Positions 1-14,141 of a DNA stretch of 64,000 nucleotides are shown piece after piece. This DNA comes from Salpingoeca rosetta. Its lineage: Eukaryota; Protista; Choanoflagellata. The DNA lies in assembly GCA_033442325.1 (NCBI GenBank), contig JAWQFM010000028.1:632712-696711 (forward strand). Reading direction: 5' to 3'. A program made the translations under genes and the position numbers. The notes beneath the pieces are model-generated. The model was not told the origin of the DNA, made no database searches, and saw only the letters and a program-made list of their open reading frames with translations. Position 1 is the first letter of the stretch. Each line of letters starts with the position of its first letter.

Positions 1-530
1 AGGCAAAAGTGATGCCCTGCTCGATCACGTGGTGTTTGAGCTTGGGCATAAACATGGTGGAGTTAAGCAGTGCATCTTGATCGTCCTGTCACGGTGCACG
101 ATGTTGCGGGTGTCAATGACGACAGCGCTAAGACAAAGAAACGCAGAGTGGCGCCTGCTCTCACACACATTCGCCCATGCACACCGCTGGCCTTTGTCTT
201 GCCGCAATTGCTTTCCCCATCTCTGAGTGCTGGGAGCAGTGTAAGATTTCAGCGAGTTTTCCCCAATAAAACAGCCACACAACACGCACACACATACATA
301 CACACACAACGACACACACAACGACACACACAACGACACACACACACACACAACACGACATACACACACACACACCGTGAGCACGATGATGATGTTTGGT
401 CGCTGAGCATTGCTTGTTTCTGTCGCCCCATCAGCAGCTGAAGCAGCAGCACTGCATGTGCACAGCACCACCGCCGCGAGCACACACAACAACAGCAGTC
501 CACTGCCACAGTCATCGTTTGTTGTTCCGC
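1..530 (-). CDS. Sulfatase (N-acetylglucosamine-6-sulfatase-like), 5' part; runs off the window start
   Basis: Exon ~530-376 encodes a signal-peptide-like LLLLCVLAAVVLCTCSAAA followed by RPNIIIVLT. After a GT..AG intron (375-86), exon 85-1 reads DDQDALLNSTMFMPKLKHHVIEQGITFA. Together these give the classic sulfatase N-terminal PNIIxxLTDDQD motif. No in-frame ATG is found before a TAG near 532. Confidence 0.8.
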
Positions 531-1031
531 CCTATACCATTAAATCGGGGAGCACTATTACAGGGCTGCTGGCGGAGTCTATAGACTTCGCGCAGATTTG
601 GTAATGTGTCGCTGGATACGAATCCGAACAGCTCAAGCTCCTGGGGGATAGTTAAACTCTAAAGGGACTTGGAAACGCCTCCGGTAGCGCGGCCCCGAGA
701 GCGGCGTGTTCGGCTCCCTATAATGAGCCAGTATGGGTCACTTATCCCCGTTCACAGCTCAGACAGACGCCAACGCAGCCCGGACTCAAAAGGCAGATAC
801 ATCGATTGCGGAAGGCGATGCGCTCCCGGAAGGCGCGATACACTTCCAGAACCTCGGCCTCGTAGCCCGTGGATCGGCTAGATGAAAGTGTATGGAGGTA
901 GGACATTCGGAATTCCACGTGCCGTACCTATACAGGCAACGCGCGTGAGCCTCACCAAGTTGCGTCCTGTGAGTGCACGGTAGTAATAATCAGAATGGAC
1001 ATCAGCTCTCTCTCGCTCCCTTACACACACA

Positions 1032-1063
<32 letters not shown>

Positions 1064-1117
1064 AATGCGCTTCACTTAATTCAAGTCCATTAGCATGCTT
1101 GGCAACGTGCGAAACCA

Positions 1118-1355
1118 TCACAAGGGCTCGCGACGTTTGGAAAAGTCGCCAGGAACGCGGCAGAACGGGCAGAACCTGCACAAGTTGGGCCGTGTTGAAA
1201 ACAAGACGGGGCGTGTGAGTGGGACCAGCATCCAATACGCTGCCCCAACGACACATGGGCACAAGCGTATGTACCATTTCCAGCAACACATGCATACATA
1301 CCTACCTACACACACGCATGCACGCGCGCGCACACACACACACGCACGCACACAT

Positions 1356-1407
<52 letters not shown>

Positions 1408-3113
1408 CAAAACAAAACAAAACGCACCATTTGCCCTTTGGGCGCTCGGTGAGATCCACGCAGGCAAAGTGGAACCACTCCAGTGGGCACTTCTGCAGAC
1501 GACGAGACGGAGCAACAAACAACGCGACGTGAGAACGACAGCGGACATGAGAACACCAACAGCCCACAACTTCGCACGAGAAAATCAGAAAGGGGTCATG
1601 ACACACACACACACACACACACACATGCGCGCGTGCATGGAAGGAGCAGCACATACGTCGTTTGAGTCGCAAGCAATCATCTCGCCGTATGAGACCTGGG
1701 AAGAAAAGGAGATGGGGTGTGAATCGAAACGCCAAGGGAACACCGCACGGCCTCTGGAGGACATACACACATAAACATGCACACAAACACACATAAACAC
1801 ACACATACACACACATAAACATGCACACACACATGCGCACGCATCCAACACACACATAAACATGCACACATGCACAGCAGTTGTACTTGGTTGCAGATGC
1901 AGTAAGTCGGTTCGTTAGGATCGACAGGAAGGTCCTCCCTGTGGTGTGCGCAACACATGAGCAAGAAAAGGAAGTGCAGGTTCAACAGAGTGAGTGACAA
2001 CAGCACTCTTCGCCCTGTCCCACGACACAGTGGACACATGTACACCATTACACAATGCATATGCACGCTAATACACACACACACACACAATCACGGTGCA
2101 GAGAACGTACTGTCCAGCAGGTTCCTGCACATGAAAGACGGGTGTACCCTCTGACGTTGCAGCAGCAAGACAGTTGACCCAAAGCAGAATGGTGAGGGCT
2201 GTCAAGGATGATCGACAACGCAGATCGACAGACAATACACAAGCACGAGTGCTGTGATACACGGTACATACGCTCGCGCGCGCACGTGTACATACACATG
2301 TACGCTTACGCTGCCTTGCTTCCGCCTCAAAGGCGCTCAAATCACTGTCGACCTCCTGGATGTGCTTCTCCACCTGCACACACACACACACAATGATACC
2401 CGCATATAATCATGTTATGGGCATGTCAACCCGCAGGAACATCTACACGCGCAAATACACACAAACAAACAAACAAACAAACAAACAAACAAACAAACAA
2501 ACAAACAAACAAACAAACACACACACAAACAAACAAACAAACAAACAAACAAACAAACAAACAAACAAACAAACAAACAAACAAACAAACAAACACTCAC
2601 ACGCACACATACTGAAACGTTCGTTGTGTTCTCACCGCCTCGTAGGACTGTGCTGCAATGTGTAGTTTCTCGACACTCGTCTGCTTCAAGGCTGCAAACC
2701 GATCCTGAAGCACCGCAAACAAATGTGCACATATCCATGAGCAACGTTTCTCATCCCTCGACCAATAGAGGAGGCGCATGCGTGCGTTACTGGCCATATG
2801 TGGCCACCCCAACACCATCAACATCGCACACACAACACACCCATCACACAACACACACACACATACACCCATCACACACACACACACGCACATACACAAA
2901 ACATACCCTGAAATCCCTGAGCTTGGTTTCTCTCTCCTGAACAGACAGGGAGGCGATGTTCTCCTTGAAGTGCGCGCAGTCGCGCTCCAGCTCTGCCTTG
3001 GCCTGCGCCATCTTCTCGTCAAGCTCTCGGATCATGCGGAACGACCGCTGCAGCTCTGCCGGCAGAGCCTTCATGCTGTCCAGCAGCTGATCCAGGTACA
3101 TTGTGGTCATCAT
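1118..3113 (-). CDS. ING (inhibitor of growth) family PHD-finger protein, ING4/5-like, multi-exon
   Basis: The first exon encodes the ING N-terminal coiled domain MYLDQLLDSMKALPAELQRSFRMIRELDEK. Later exons give the PHD finger DLPVDPNEPTYCICNQ|VSYGEMIACDSND|CPLEWFHFACVDLTERPKGKW|FCPFCR. Stop at 1118. Confidence 0.93.
2461..2594 (+). repeat. (CAAA)n microsatellite in an ING intron
   Basis: Tandem ACAA units. Confidence 0.95.
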
Positions 3114-3321
3114 CTTGTCCTAGCACATGCAAATGGCCAAGGGCAACAGCGAGCAGTGGTCAAATAGCAGCAGCAACAGCAGTCACGAAGCGACAACAAC
3201 ACTGGTGCGTGTGCGGCCTGCCTTGTGTCACCTAGTAGGGAGTTGCTTTGTCGACAAGAAAAAACAAGGCAGTCATCCCTTCTCCTCTCAGCACACACAA
3301 GAGCAAGCGCACACAAGAGCA

Positions 3322-3445
<124 letters not shown>

Positions 3446-4160
3446 GTGTTGTTCTTGTGAAGCAGGGCGCCAAGCAAAGTCGGGAAGAATAATGAAAATC
3501 TTCTAACAATTATCTCACCTACACCCCAACTCTTTCAAACAGCAGGCAAGCAAGAGTTTGACACGCATCATTCGCGTAGACGATGATACACCACGTTGGG
3601 CTGCTTACGCGTCAACGTTCAACGATGCGCCTTGAAAAGTGACGTGAGCACCTCAGAGCAAGTGGGCGAGTTGTGGGCGCCCCCACATAGATCCAAAAAG
3701 CACAAGCGAGCAAGCGAGCAAGCTCTTAAGCTGCCAACACCAATCCCCCTGTGATGTCCTCGTGCGGGCAGGTGACCTGCCCGCACGTTTAGATGTTTGT
3801 GTCACCATGCAACCAAAGTCCACTCGAGCACCTACGCTTGCGTCAAGGTCGCAGTTCACACTCGTTCACAAACACGAACACACACACACTCCCAGAAAGA
3901 GCAACTCACGTATCTCGCTCAGGCTCGCGACCTGAGTGTGCGCGAGCGAAGGATGAAGTCATTTTCCCACTCGTCACGACGAACACAACTCTCAGCCTCG
4001 CGACTTGAGCTACACCTGCCTCTTCTTTGTAACGATCGTGAAGCCCCGGGTCGTCGTCCCAATTACCCCTTGCCCCTCTCCTTCCCCTCAACAGCAGGCC
4101 CAACATACGAGCAACCCCCACTCTCTTCACCCACAAGTGGACGCCGCCGCCTCTCGTGTT

Positions 4161-4222
4161 CCTCCTCCTCCTCCTCCTCCTCCTCCTCCTCCTCCTCCTC
4201 CTCCTCCTCCTCCTCCTCCTCC
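4161..4222 (+). repeat. (CCT)n tract just 5' of the HD-like ORF
   Basis: Tandem CCT. Confidence 0.95.
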
Positions 4223-4261
4223 CCCTTCGCAACAGCAACAGTGCATGTATGAACATACACC

Positions 4262-7060
4262 ATGGCACGACGACCATCCGCATTCATGTTTGTTGACGCG
4301 GCAAACGAGGAGCAGCTCTTCACCATCGCCGCAGATCTGGCGCGGGCCTTTCGCGCCTTGCGCGTGCAAGTCCCACCAAATGCCGTCTACAAGATGGCAG
4401 AGCTGGTGGTTGTGTCGACGAGCGGCGCGCATCGCACCTTTCACACCATGCAGCACCTGCTTGACGGTCTGCCAGAGGACGTTGAGAAGCGCCCACTCTC
4501 TTTCATCGCCGCCATCTTTCAAGACATTGTCCAGCTGAGGGCCGAGGGCGGCATTCCACCGTACCTGCTGCCGTTTCTGCACCGAGCACAAGCGTTCCCG
4601 CTGCCTCGCCAGTCTGACGTCGACAAGGACATGAGGCGATCGCGGAGCGCCACACCCGTGTACGGCCGGCCTGTCACGGAGCGCGGCTCGCTGTCTGCGC
4701 GCGGGTGCAACGGTGGCACGACCTTGCTCACCAGGCAACACAGGTCGTCCTCTGATGTGTCGTTCGATGTCGTCGTGCAGCGGCTCGTCAGCAGACCGCA
4801 GCTTCTCCCACACCAAGGGCGCCTACAGCACAGACGAAACGCCCTCAGCAGCCCCGAGCACGTCCTCCTCATGGCTGGTGTCGACATGCGCCTTGACCGA
4901 CAGGCAGAGTGGGCGCCTCTAATCAAGCGCCCACACACGCCCCCGCCCCAACAACAGTCCCGCAAGCACGCACGCGACAGGGGACCAGGTGTGGCAGGTA
5001 CCTCATCGCCCGCCAGGAGGGACAGCGGCTCCGCCACAGCTCTCACCGGCGGGAACAGCAGTGCCACCAGCACATGCACCGCGAGCAGCGGGTGGTTCAG
5101 CAACGGCAGCGGCGACGCATTCGCGCGCGGGCAGCACGTGGCCGGACCACGCGAGCCCAGCACCAGCACCACCACTACCATCATCGACTCTCGCAGAAGC
5201 TCCCTGGAAACGAGCGCGGGCCGGTTGCCGGTTGTTAGCACGCTTGTGCGCGCTCTATCGTGGTGGAGCAATGGCATCCGCCTGGACCACGATGACGACA
5301 GCGGCAATGACGGTGATCACGCCACCGCCAGTGACGAGCCCCGTCAGCACACGAAGGCACCAATGGCCTCCTGGCCCTCTGTGTCCTCCACGCGCGCGCG
5401 TCGTGCCGTGGCCCAGCGGATCTGCTACACGGTCTTCGGGCGCGAGGTGGGCGACACGCTTGCGTTTGACACCTCCGCGCCTGGCTTGAGCGAGTTTCTC
5501 AGCTGCGTCGTGGCCATGGACGTGCTTGCGCCCTGGCTCAACGAAGCACAGCTCCTGCACGTGTGCGCGTGCATCCAGGCCTCCATTCCCTTCCAGCGAC
5601 CAGAGGCCAAGATGCGCCTGCTGGACAACTGCACGCGCGTGCTGGCAGACGAGCTGCCCCACTTTGAGGGCATTCCACGCACATTCCTCGCTCAGCACGC
5701 CAGTCAGGTTGTGCGCAGCGCGTGCCGTATGGCTGAACGAGGCGTTGCCCATTACACTGCAAAGGACACGCGTGTCTTTCTTGCTGCCGTGTGGAGGGCG
5801 CTGCCGGAGCAGCACGCCGCCCTGCGCTACCCCGAATCGTACACGCTCGACGACTGGGTGGCGGCGTTGGCGGCGCTGGTGCGCGGGTTTGAGCTCTTGA
5901 CCGACGAGCCCCTTCGCATCCTCCCCCACTTCCCCAGCACTCGCTCGCCACACCATCGGCTGCGGACACCTGCACGTGCACCACCAGCAGCAACACTGAC
6001 GTCCACGCCGCCAACAACACCACCAGTGCCGACAGCCGCGGTTGGAACGGGTGGTGCAACTACAGCAGCAGTCGCAGCTTCCGTTTCAACAACGAGACCT
6101 AGCAGACCTGGTTCCAAGGCGAATGCTACGAATGCTACTCCGAACATCACTGGCAACGACAGGGGCGGAAGAAAAGGCAGCAAGAAGGGCACAAGCGCAT
6201 GTGCGCACGCCACAGCACGACGAGCAACAGCATCACCTGCTCATCGTCATGCCAGCGGTGACGGTGATGACAGTGACGGTGGCGGCGATGCAGATGAGAG
6301 CTTGCGTGAGTCGCTGCTACGCGCCAACACCAACCTTGAGCGAGGCAGGGCGTATGTGGCGGCACGGCTGGTGACGGCGTGTGTCATGCACGCCGTGTTG
6401 TGCGACGCAGGCTTTGTTCTCGACGAAACGCCCGTGCGCGTGATTCTCCCAGGCGGGCTTGGCGGCCACCTCCCACAGCCCGACACAGCGACCGGTGGCG
6501 ATGGGGATGGTGGCGATTGCAGTGGTGGTATTGGGAGAAGCGACAGAGCAGCGCCAGCAACCTCGCATTCCCGAGCCAGCAGCCACAACAGCACCCGCTA
6601 TCATCGCGGTGTGTCGTGTGGCACGCGAACGCCCGTCAACAGATTGAGTGACGCAGAGGAGGAGCACGTGCGCGCCAGAACGGGCCACGGCGGCGGCGTT
6701 GAGAGAGGGGATGCGCATGGAAGTGGCGAGGAGGTGTGGTGTGCAGATGACACGTGGGAGACGAACGACTGTGTGGTGCGGCTGCTGCAATATGGGTTTG
6801 AGGACAGCTGCCTTGACGGGCGTGACAAGACGGCGTGCGAGGCGTCACTCTGCCTGTTCCGCATGATGGTTGGTGGTGGTGGCGCCCGTGGTGGCCACCC
6901 CTCATCGTTTGAGCGCTGCGTGCAACTCAGTCTCTCGTACGCGCGGAAGCGACTGGATGCACAGCTGTACCTGCGCTGTCTGCCGCTATCTGTTGTCACC
7001 TTTGTGGGCACCCGCATCCTGCACAGGGCCCTCACAGACGGAAACATGTGGATGTACTGA
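4262..7060 (+). CDS. Intronless 932-aa protein related to an HD-like family known from cyanobacteria/algae; metal-binding motif degenerate; low-complexity inserts
   Basis: Uninterrupted 2.8-kb ORF. Conserved blocks recognised by eye: RTFHTMQH, AAIFQDIVQL, GLSEFLSCVVA, ACIQASIPF, FLAAVWRALPEQH, YTLDDW, ANTNLERGRAYVAARL. Confidence 0.75.
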   Translation: MARRPSAFMFVDAANEEQLFTIAADLARAFRALRVQVPPNAVYKMAELVVVSTSGAHRTFHTMQHLLDGLPEDVEKRPLSFIAAIFQDIVQLRAEGGIPPYLLPFLHRAQAFPLPRQSDVDKDMRRSRSATPVYGRPVTERGSLSARGCNGGTTLLTRQHRSSSDVSFDVVVQRLVSRPQLLPHQGRLQHRRNALSSPEHVLLMAGVDMRLDRQAEWAPLIKRPHTPPPQQQSRKHARDRGPGVAGTSSPARRDSGSATALTGGNSSATSTCTASSGWFSNGSGDAFARGQHVAGPREPSTSTTTTIIDSRRSSLETSAGRLPVVSTLVRALSWWSNGIRLDHDDDSGNDGDHATASDEPRQHTKAPMASWPSVSSTRARRAVAQRICYTVFGREVGDTLAFDTSAPGLSEFLSCVVAMDVLAPWLNEAQLLHVCACIQASIPFQRPEAKMRLLDNCTRVLADELPHFEGIPRTFLAQHASQVVRSACRMAERGVAHYTAKDTRVFLAAVWRALPEQHAALRYPESYTLDDWVAALAALVRGFELLTDEPLRILPHFPSTRSPHHRLRTPARAPPAATLTSTPPTTPPVPTAAVGTGGATTAAVAASVSTTRPSRPGSKANATNATPNITGNDRGGRKGSKKGTSACAHATARRATASPAHRHASGDGDDSDGGGDADESLRESLLRANTNLERGRAYVAARLVTACVMHAVLCDAGFVLDETPVRVILPGGLGGHLPQPDTATGGDGDGGDCSGGIGRSDRAAPATSHSRASSHNSTRYHRGVSCGTRTPVNRLSDAEEEHVRARTGHGGGVERGDAHGSGEEVWCADDTWETNDCVVRLLQYGFEDSCLDGRDKTACEASLCLFRMMVGGGGARGGHPSSFERCVQLSLSYARKRLDAQLYLRCLPLSVVTFVGTRILHRALTDGNMWMY

Positions 7061-7141
7061 TTGTGCTGAAGAGAGACTGTGTGTGAGTGTGTGAGTGAAT
7101 GAGACGCATAGAGAGAGAATGTGTGTGTGTGCGTGTGTGTG

Positions 7142-7231
<90 letters not shown>

Positions 7232-7813
7232 CGCGAGCGATGCAACAAAGGGCTTGCGTCGCATGGCATGGCTGCACGGGGCCCATGCATTCATGAGTAA
7301 GAGAGGTTCAATTTAGACTGTCAAAGACCAGATAAACGATTGCGTGTCAGCATGGAGGAAAGCAGGAAGGAAACAGAGAGAATGGAAGGGAGAGAGGCAA
7401 GCGAATGGAGAGAGAACAGGAATTCGGAAGAGGGGCAAGGGGAAGGGAAGATGGGGCCACGTACAACATCGGTGAGAAGAGAAACACAACTCGAACTCGA
7501 TCAGCACATGGCAAGAAAACAAGTTGGTGGGAGGCTAGGGGCGATAATGGCGTGAAGCGCCGTGAATGATGGCATGTTGCCTGACTAAAGAGAGAGGCAA
7601 CAACACCACCTGTTGATGAACAAGAGAGAGGGGTTGTTTGTTAACGAATGGGTCAGCAGCACAACGCAACAACAACGGCAGTGAAAGCGGAAGAGAAGCA
7701 AGCCTGGAAAAAACGGAACAGCGTGAACAAATCGTGTACCAGCGCGCCTCACGCACTCACACACAGTGAAAGAAGCAGCAATAGGAGCCACAGCCCGCAG
7801 CAAGCAGCAACCG

Positions 7814-8749
7814 CTACGTTTGCTGCCGCTGTTGTTGGCTCTGGGCGTGTGGCTGATTGAAGTGTGCAGTGAGCGAGACGACAACGGGTCTGTGATCGCT
7901 CAAGTCAAAGTCCTCTGGCCATGCCTAATGGGTGGCAGGGCAGAAGAGGGATGGAGGTGTCGGTATCGGTGGGTGAGGACGGTATCTTCAGTGTTGACAG
8001 GAAGAGGGGCAGAAGGACAGAGAGACACGGACGAGAAGCAGACGAGAGGCAGACGCACACACACACACACACACACACACACCTGGTCTGGGTAGAGCTG
8101 GGGCAGGGCATACGCTGCATCGCTGGTAAACGCGCCGTCATCGCTGCGCATAAACACAAAGTCAACACCAACATCCTCGCCTTGGACGTGTATGTGAATG
8201 CGTGTGTGCATGTGTGTGTGTGAATGCGTGTGTGTGTGTGTGTGTGTTGAGCAAGGAGAAATATTGTGAGTGTTGCGTTCGACATGCATGTGCGTGTGCA
8301 AACACGAGGTAGCACGCAGGCACAGGGGGCACGATCACGACCACTCCCACTCCAACTCTTGGAGCAGAAGCACCTTTGTGTGTTCTGTGTGTGACGGAGA
8401 GCTCGCGATCGTGGACGGCGTGGAAGAGCGATTCGTATCCGCAGCTGTGCGCGAGAGAGAATTTGAGGGGGTGCAGGTGTGAGCATACATCAAGCAGTGT
8501 ACAGGCCGAGAGGAAGAGAGGCGGAGAGGGACCGAGGGAGAGAGGGAGAAAACACACACACACACACAGAGGCAGACACACAGACACACAGACACACAGA
8601 CACACAGACACACACAGACAGAAAGAGAGACACACATACAGACAGGCACACACACACACACACACACACACACCACAGACACAGACACAGACATACAGAC
8701 ACAGACACACACCACAGTCACAGTCACATACAGACAGACATACATACAT

Positions 8750-8788
<39 letters not shown>

Positions 8789-9775
8789 CGCAAACCCACA
8801 CCTGATGAGGTGGGCGCAGGAGCGGGAGTTGACGTTGCCGTTGAAGTCGCCCGTCAAGACACTCGTGCCGACGCCTTGCTCCCGCGCAAAGTCTTGCACG
8901 CTCGTCGCCAGCACGCGGGCCTGCTGCAGCCGCGCCTCGTGCTCCTGCTGCGTGTGCGGGAAGGAGAAGTGCGTGTTGGCCAAGATGAGGTCGACGCTGC
9001 CGTCGCCGGCGGGGCACGGCTGGTGCGGGACGGCGGCGATGTCGGCATCATTGGTGTTGTCGAGCGCCTCGGCATGGGTACCGCGGATCAGGTACGGGGC
9101 AATGGGCGTTGGCGTGGACCCGCGCACGCGGAGGTGTAGCAGGAGCGCCACGCGCATGCCGCTGTCATCAAAGTGGAGCCGGCGCGTGCCCACCACCTGG
9201 ATGTGGTTGCGCACGAACACGACCACGCCGTCGTCGCGCCCCTTGGGTCGCTGCAAGCAGTGCACGTGGTACCCGGAGCCGAGCGCCGCCATGTACATGG
9301 ACTGCACGTCGTGGTGGAACCAGAACTCTTGCAGGGCAATGACGTCCAAGTCGCGCTGTTCCCGCAGCATGCGCAGGATGGCTGCGTTTCTGGGGCGGTA
9401 CAGCGAGGGAAAGTCGCTCTCGCGCAGCTGCGTGGAAGGCAGGCGCTTGTAGCACGGCGCAAGCACGTTGAACGTGGCTATGCGCAGCTCACACGACGTT
9501 GCCGGCCCTTTACTTGCATGAGCACGCGCACCAGCATCGCCAGCACGTATTCTTTGTGCCTGTTGCAACGTGTCGGTGCCGGCGTGGTGCGAAGAGCCGC
9601 CGTCGCCTGGCTGTTGTGGCTGCTGCTCGTGCTGTTGCAGCGTGGTTCCTCGGGATGGGTGAAGGGCGCGGGCACCGAGCAGGGAGGCACCAGCTCGCTG
9701 GGACAGCCGGCCAAACCGTGTCGGCAGCTGGTGTCCGCATCGACTCCACGTCGCAGCAGCCAACAGCACCACCAT
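7814..9775 (-). CDS. Endonuclease/exonuclease/phosphatase (EEP) family protein, 4 exons, with a mitochondrial-type presequence
   Basis: Motifs ATFNVLAPCYKRL, IALQEFW, ANTHFSFPH, LTGDFNG, VTHRTHK|GEDVGVDFVF and terminal FDLSDHRPVV. Exons ~9775-8802, ~8445-8372, ~8182-8083, ~7924-7814. Confidence 0.88.
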
Positions 9776-10104
9776 GTGTGCAGGCGGAGGTGATTGACGA
9801 CCTGAAGAGGGCGAGCAAGCACGCAGAGAGGGAAAGGAAGGCAGGCAGCAAGGAAGGAGGACACAGCTCCACACGGGTTGATGTTTTGTTTTGCTGTTGT
9901 GCCGGAATTGTCGATTGTTCTTGAATGATTTGAGTAGAATTTCAGCAAGCACTGGATGTTGAGGAGAGGGTGACGCACCAACAACACCAACCTTCTTGTC
10001 TCTGCCGGTGCTGCGGATCGCGACTGGGCCCCAACCGAACGAGCAGAGCAGAGGCAGGCACATCCACAGCTAGAGAGATATAGACGCAGCGTGGTGCCTG
10101 GATC

Positions 10105-11755
<1,651 letters not shown>

Positions 11756-11776
11756 TGCAAGATGGTGGTGGCGGTG

Positions 11777-11879
<103 letters not shown>

Positions 11880-11979
11880 NNNNNNNNNNNNNNNNNNNNN
11901 NNNNNNNNNNNNNNNNNNNNNNNNNNNNNNNNNNNNNNNNNNNNNNNNNNNNNNNNNNNNNNNNNNNNNNNNNNNNNNN
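11880..11979. other. Scaffold gap (100 N)
   Basis: Run of N following a (GT)n tract. Confidence 0.99.
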
Positions 11980-12191
11980 TCCGCTTTCCATTCAACGGCT
12001 GTACCACCATCTATACGATTATTGTATCGATGGTTTGCAGGAGCTTTTGATTTTCTTCACACAATTACTCCAATCTTGCACTCAAACCATCACATTTAAA
12101 GCAAAAGGGCGAGGCACTATAGAGAGTATCTCACTAAAAGAAACAATATGCATGATGTGAGTATGCTCTGTGTCTGTCTGTCTATGAAAAA

Positions 12192-12234
<43 letters not shown>

Positions 12235-12917
12235 CGTGCGTCCATTATCTAGCCACACACACACACTCCCTTTTCTCCCTTTTCTCCCTCTTCCCCCCCC
12301 CCCCTTCTCTGCCTGCCTTTCCGCGAAAGCAAGGCTGAATGTACCAGCCATATAAGATGTCAAGCGATGCTCACCACTCGCGCAGTCGTTTCCTGTACTC
12401 CAAGCAAGATGAAGCCACTAAGAAGAGAGTGAGGGGGAGAGGAGGGAGAGACGTGACATGGGCACGTGGGATGGAGTTGCTTACAACAAAGCGAGGCCAC
12501 AACAACAGCTACAGCAGCAGCAGCCAGGAAGAGAGCAAGGGGAGGAAAGACACACGTGACGAGCAGCTGGGCAGGTGCGTGTACACCACAACGGATATGT
12601 ACAAGGTGGTGGCAAGCGGCGCACTACTGCCATGCATTGGGCTGGTCAGGGCAAACAAAACACGTGGCAGATGGCAGCGCATGCACCGCTCGTCACAAGA
12701 AGGGGCAGCTTCGGAGGGGGGTGGGGGAGGCTCGACACTACATGCCACAGTCTCACGGCAGACGGCCACAGAGAGACAGAGGGGCACAGAGACAGAGACA
12801 GAGACAGAGAAGAGAGACAGACAGACAATCACGGAGAGACAGAGAGACAGACAGACAGTACCACACAATCACAGGCACACAGATACACAGGTAGACACAC
12901 GAACAGACACACACACG

Positions 12918-13680
<763 letters not shown>

Positions 13681-14141
13681 CGTCGTTGTTGTTGCTGCGC
13701 GCGTGTGTGTGTGCGTGGATTTGTGGCATGTTGTTGTCATCATGTCATCTGCATCCTCATCATTCTTTTCTTCTCTCTCTTTCTTCCCTGTGCTGTTGTC
13801 ACATCACACTGATGATGGTGTTGGCGTTGGTGGTATGTATGTACAGTGTCGTCGTGAACAAGGAGGGAGGGGAGGGGATGATAAGCAGGGCGGGGGGGGG
13901 GAGAGTCGATACAAACAGGCGCTAGCAGCGCGCAACCCCGAATAGGAATTCCTAATTGATGTGATCATGCATGCAACAGAACACGAACAGAGGTACAGTG
14001 CTGCACGTACACGCAAGGTCGTGGTGCGACACAGACACACAGACACACAGACACAGACACAGACACAGACACAGACACAGACACATACACACAGACACAC
14101 AACCACAAACACACACACACACACACACACATCAGACTACA

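Noticed and set aside
669-881. 70-aa ORF inside the alien island
   Set aside because: Non-ATG start, no recognisable family, and a length expected by chance.
531-1005. RNase P RNA, group I/II intron or MITE interpretation of the island
   Set aside because: Only a vague GGAATTCCG resemblance to RNase P CR-I. No group I core or group II domain V motifs, and no terminal inverted repeats or target-site duplication were seen.
8376-9452. Long antisense ORFs opposite the EEP gene (also opposite the HD-like, RA and HIRIP3-like genes)
   Set aside because: Shadow ORFs caused by GC-rich codon bias and low-complexity tracts.
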